Source of the DNA: Squalus acanthias
Taxonomy: Eukaryota
Direction: 5' to 3'
NCBI GenBank assembly: GCA_030390025.1
Contig: CM059431.1
Span: 127,908,001 to 127,972,000, forward strand
DNA length: 64,000 nucleotides
How positions within the stretch are numbered: the first letter of the stretch is position 1; each line of letters starts with the position of its first letter. The notes under the pieces are model-generated. The model worked only from the letters and a program-made list of their open reading frames with translations, was not told the DNA's origin and did no database searches. This document shows positions 63,040 to 64,000 of this stretch, one piece after another. The position numbers and the translations under genes are program-made.

Positions 63040-63780
63040 TTTTAAAATTCGTTTATGGGATGTGGGCGTCGCTGGAAAGGCCAGCATTTATTGCCCATCC
63101 CTAATTGCCCTTGAGAAGGTGGTGGTGAGCCGCTTTCTTGAACCGCTGCAGTCCGTGTGGTGAAGGTACTCCCACAGTGCTTAGGTAGGGAGTTCCAGGA
63201 ATTTGACCCAGCGACGATGAAGGATCAGCAATATATTTCCAAGTCAGGATGGTGTGTGACTTGGAGGGGAACTTGGAGGTGGTGGTGTTCCCATGCGCCT
63301 GCTGCCCTTGTCCTTCTAGGTGGTAGAGCTCATGGGTTTGGGAGGTGCTGTCGAAGAAGCCTTGCTGAATTGCTGCAGTGCATCTTGTAGATGGTACACA
63401 CTGCAGACATGGTGCGCTGGTGGTGGAGGGAGTGAATGCTTAAGGTGGTGGATGGAGTGCCAATCAAGCAGGCTGCTTTGTCCTGGATGGTGTTAAGCTT
63501 CTCGAGTGTTGTTGGAGCTGCACTCATCCAGACAAGTGGAGAGTATTCCATCACACTCCTTACTTGTGCCTTGTAGATGTTGGAAAGGCTTTGGAAAGGC
63601 TTTGAGGAGTCAGGAGGTGAGACACTCACCGCAGAATACCTAGCCTCTGACCTGCTCTTGTAGCCACAGTATTTATGTGGCTGGTCCAGTTAAGTTTCTG
63701 GTCAATGGTGACCTCCAGGATGTTGATGGTGGGGGATTCGGCGATGGTAATGCCGTTGAATGTCAAGGGGCGGTGGTTTG
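63040..63780 (-). mobile_element. Non-LTR retrotransposon 3' fragment
   Basis: IYKAQVRSVMEYSPLVW; near-identical to 14345-14838 and 28540-28690. Confidence 0.85.
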
Positions 63781-64000
63781 ACTTAGTAGCAGTGTTCAAC
63801 ATAGCTGTTTAGTTATGTTCAAAGAAATCTGTGTGTGGATCCATGTATACAGAATAAAAGTAACAAGCAGAAAATTTTAAGTACATATGGGGAACATCTT
63901 TATGATTTTTCTAAAAATACCAAGCAGAGGAAACTTCCATGAATCAATTTACAGTGACACTATAGTGACCAGAGCAATATTTATCTATCGGTAGGAAATT

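Overview
This is vertebrate, almost certainly cartilaginous-fish, genomic DNA (HE1-type V-SINE, Deu-domain SINE, CR1/L2 LINEs, Penelope fragments). It is made almost entirely of nested transposable elements, and I found no convincing host exon. The main feature is a young 9.47-kb minus-strand LTR element (28691-38161) with near-identical 1.7-kb LTRs, a 4-bp TSD (GTAG) and an 18-nt tRNA-Arg(UCG)-type PBS. It has no pol gene. Its Gag start codon overlaps the PBS and Gag carries PSAP/PPxY late domains plus a CCHC knuckle. Gag continues in frame through a UGA-CUAG readthrough signal into a non-enzymatic coiled-coil/low-complexity ORF. The env encodes a signal peptide, an Ig-like domain and an F-type class I fusogen (lokiretrovirus-like), broken only by one in-frame TAG. 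The window also holds a nearly intact two-gene PIF/Harbinger transposon (14848-19071), many decayed Harbinger copies and MITEs, two solo LTRs (one related to the full element) and three minisatellites. All comparisons were made by eye; boundaries of decayed repeats are approximate.
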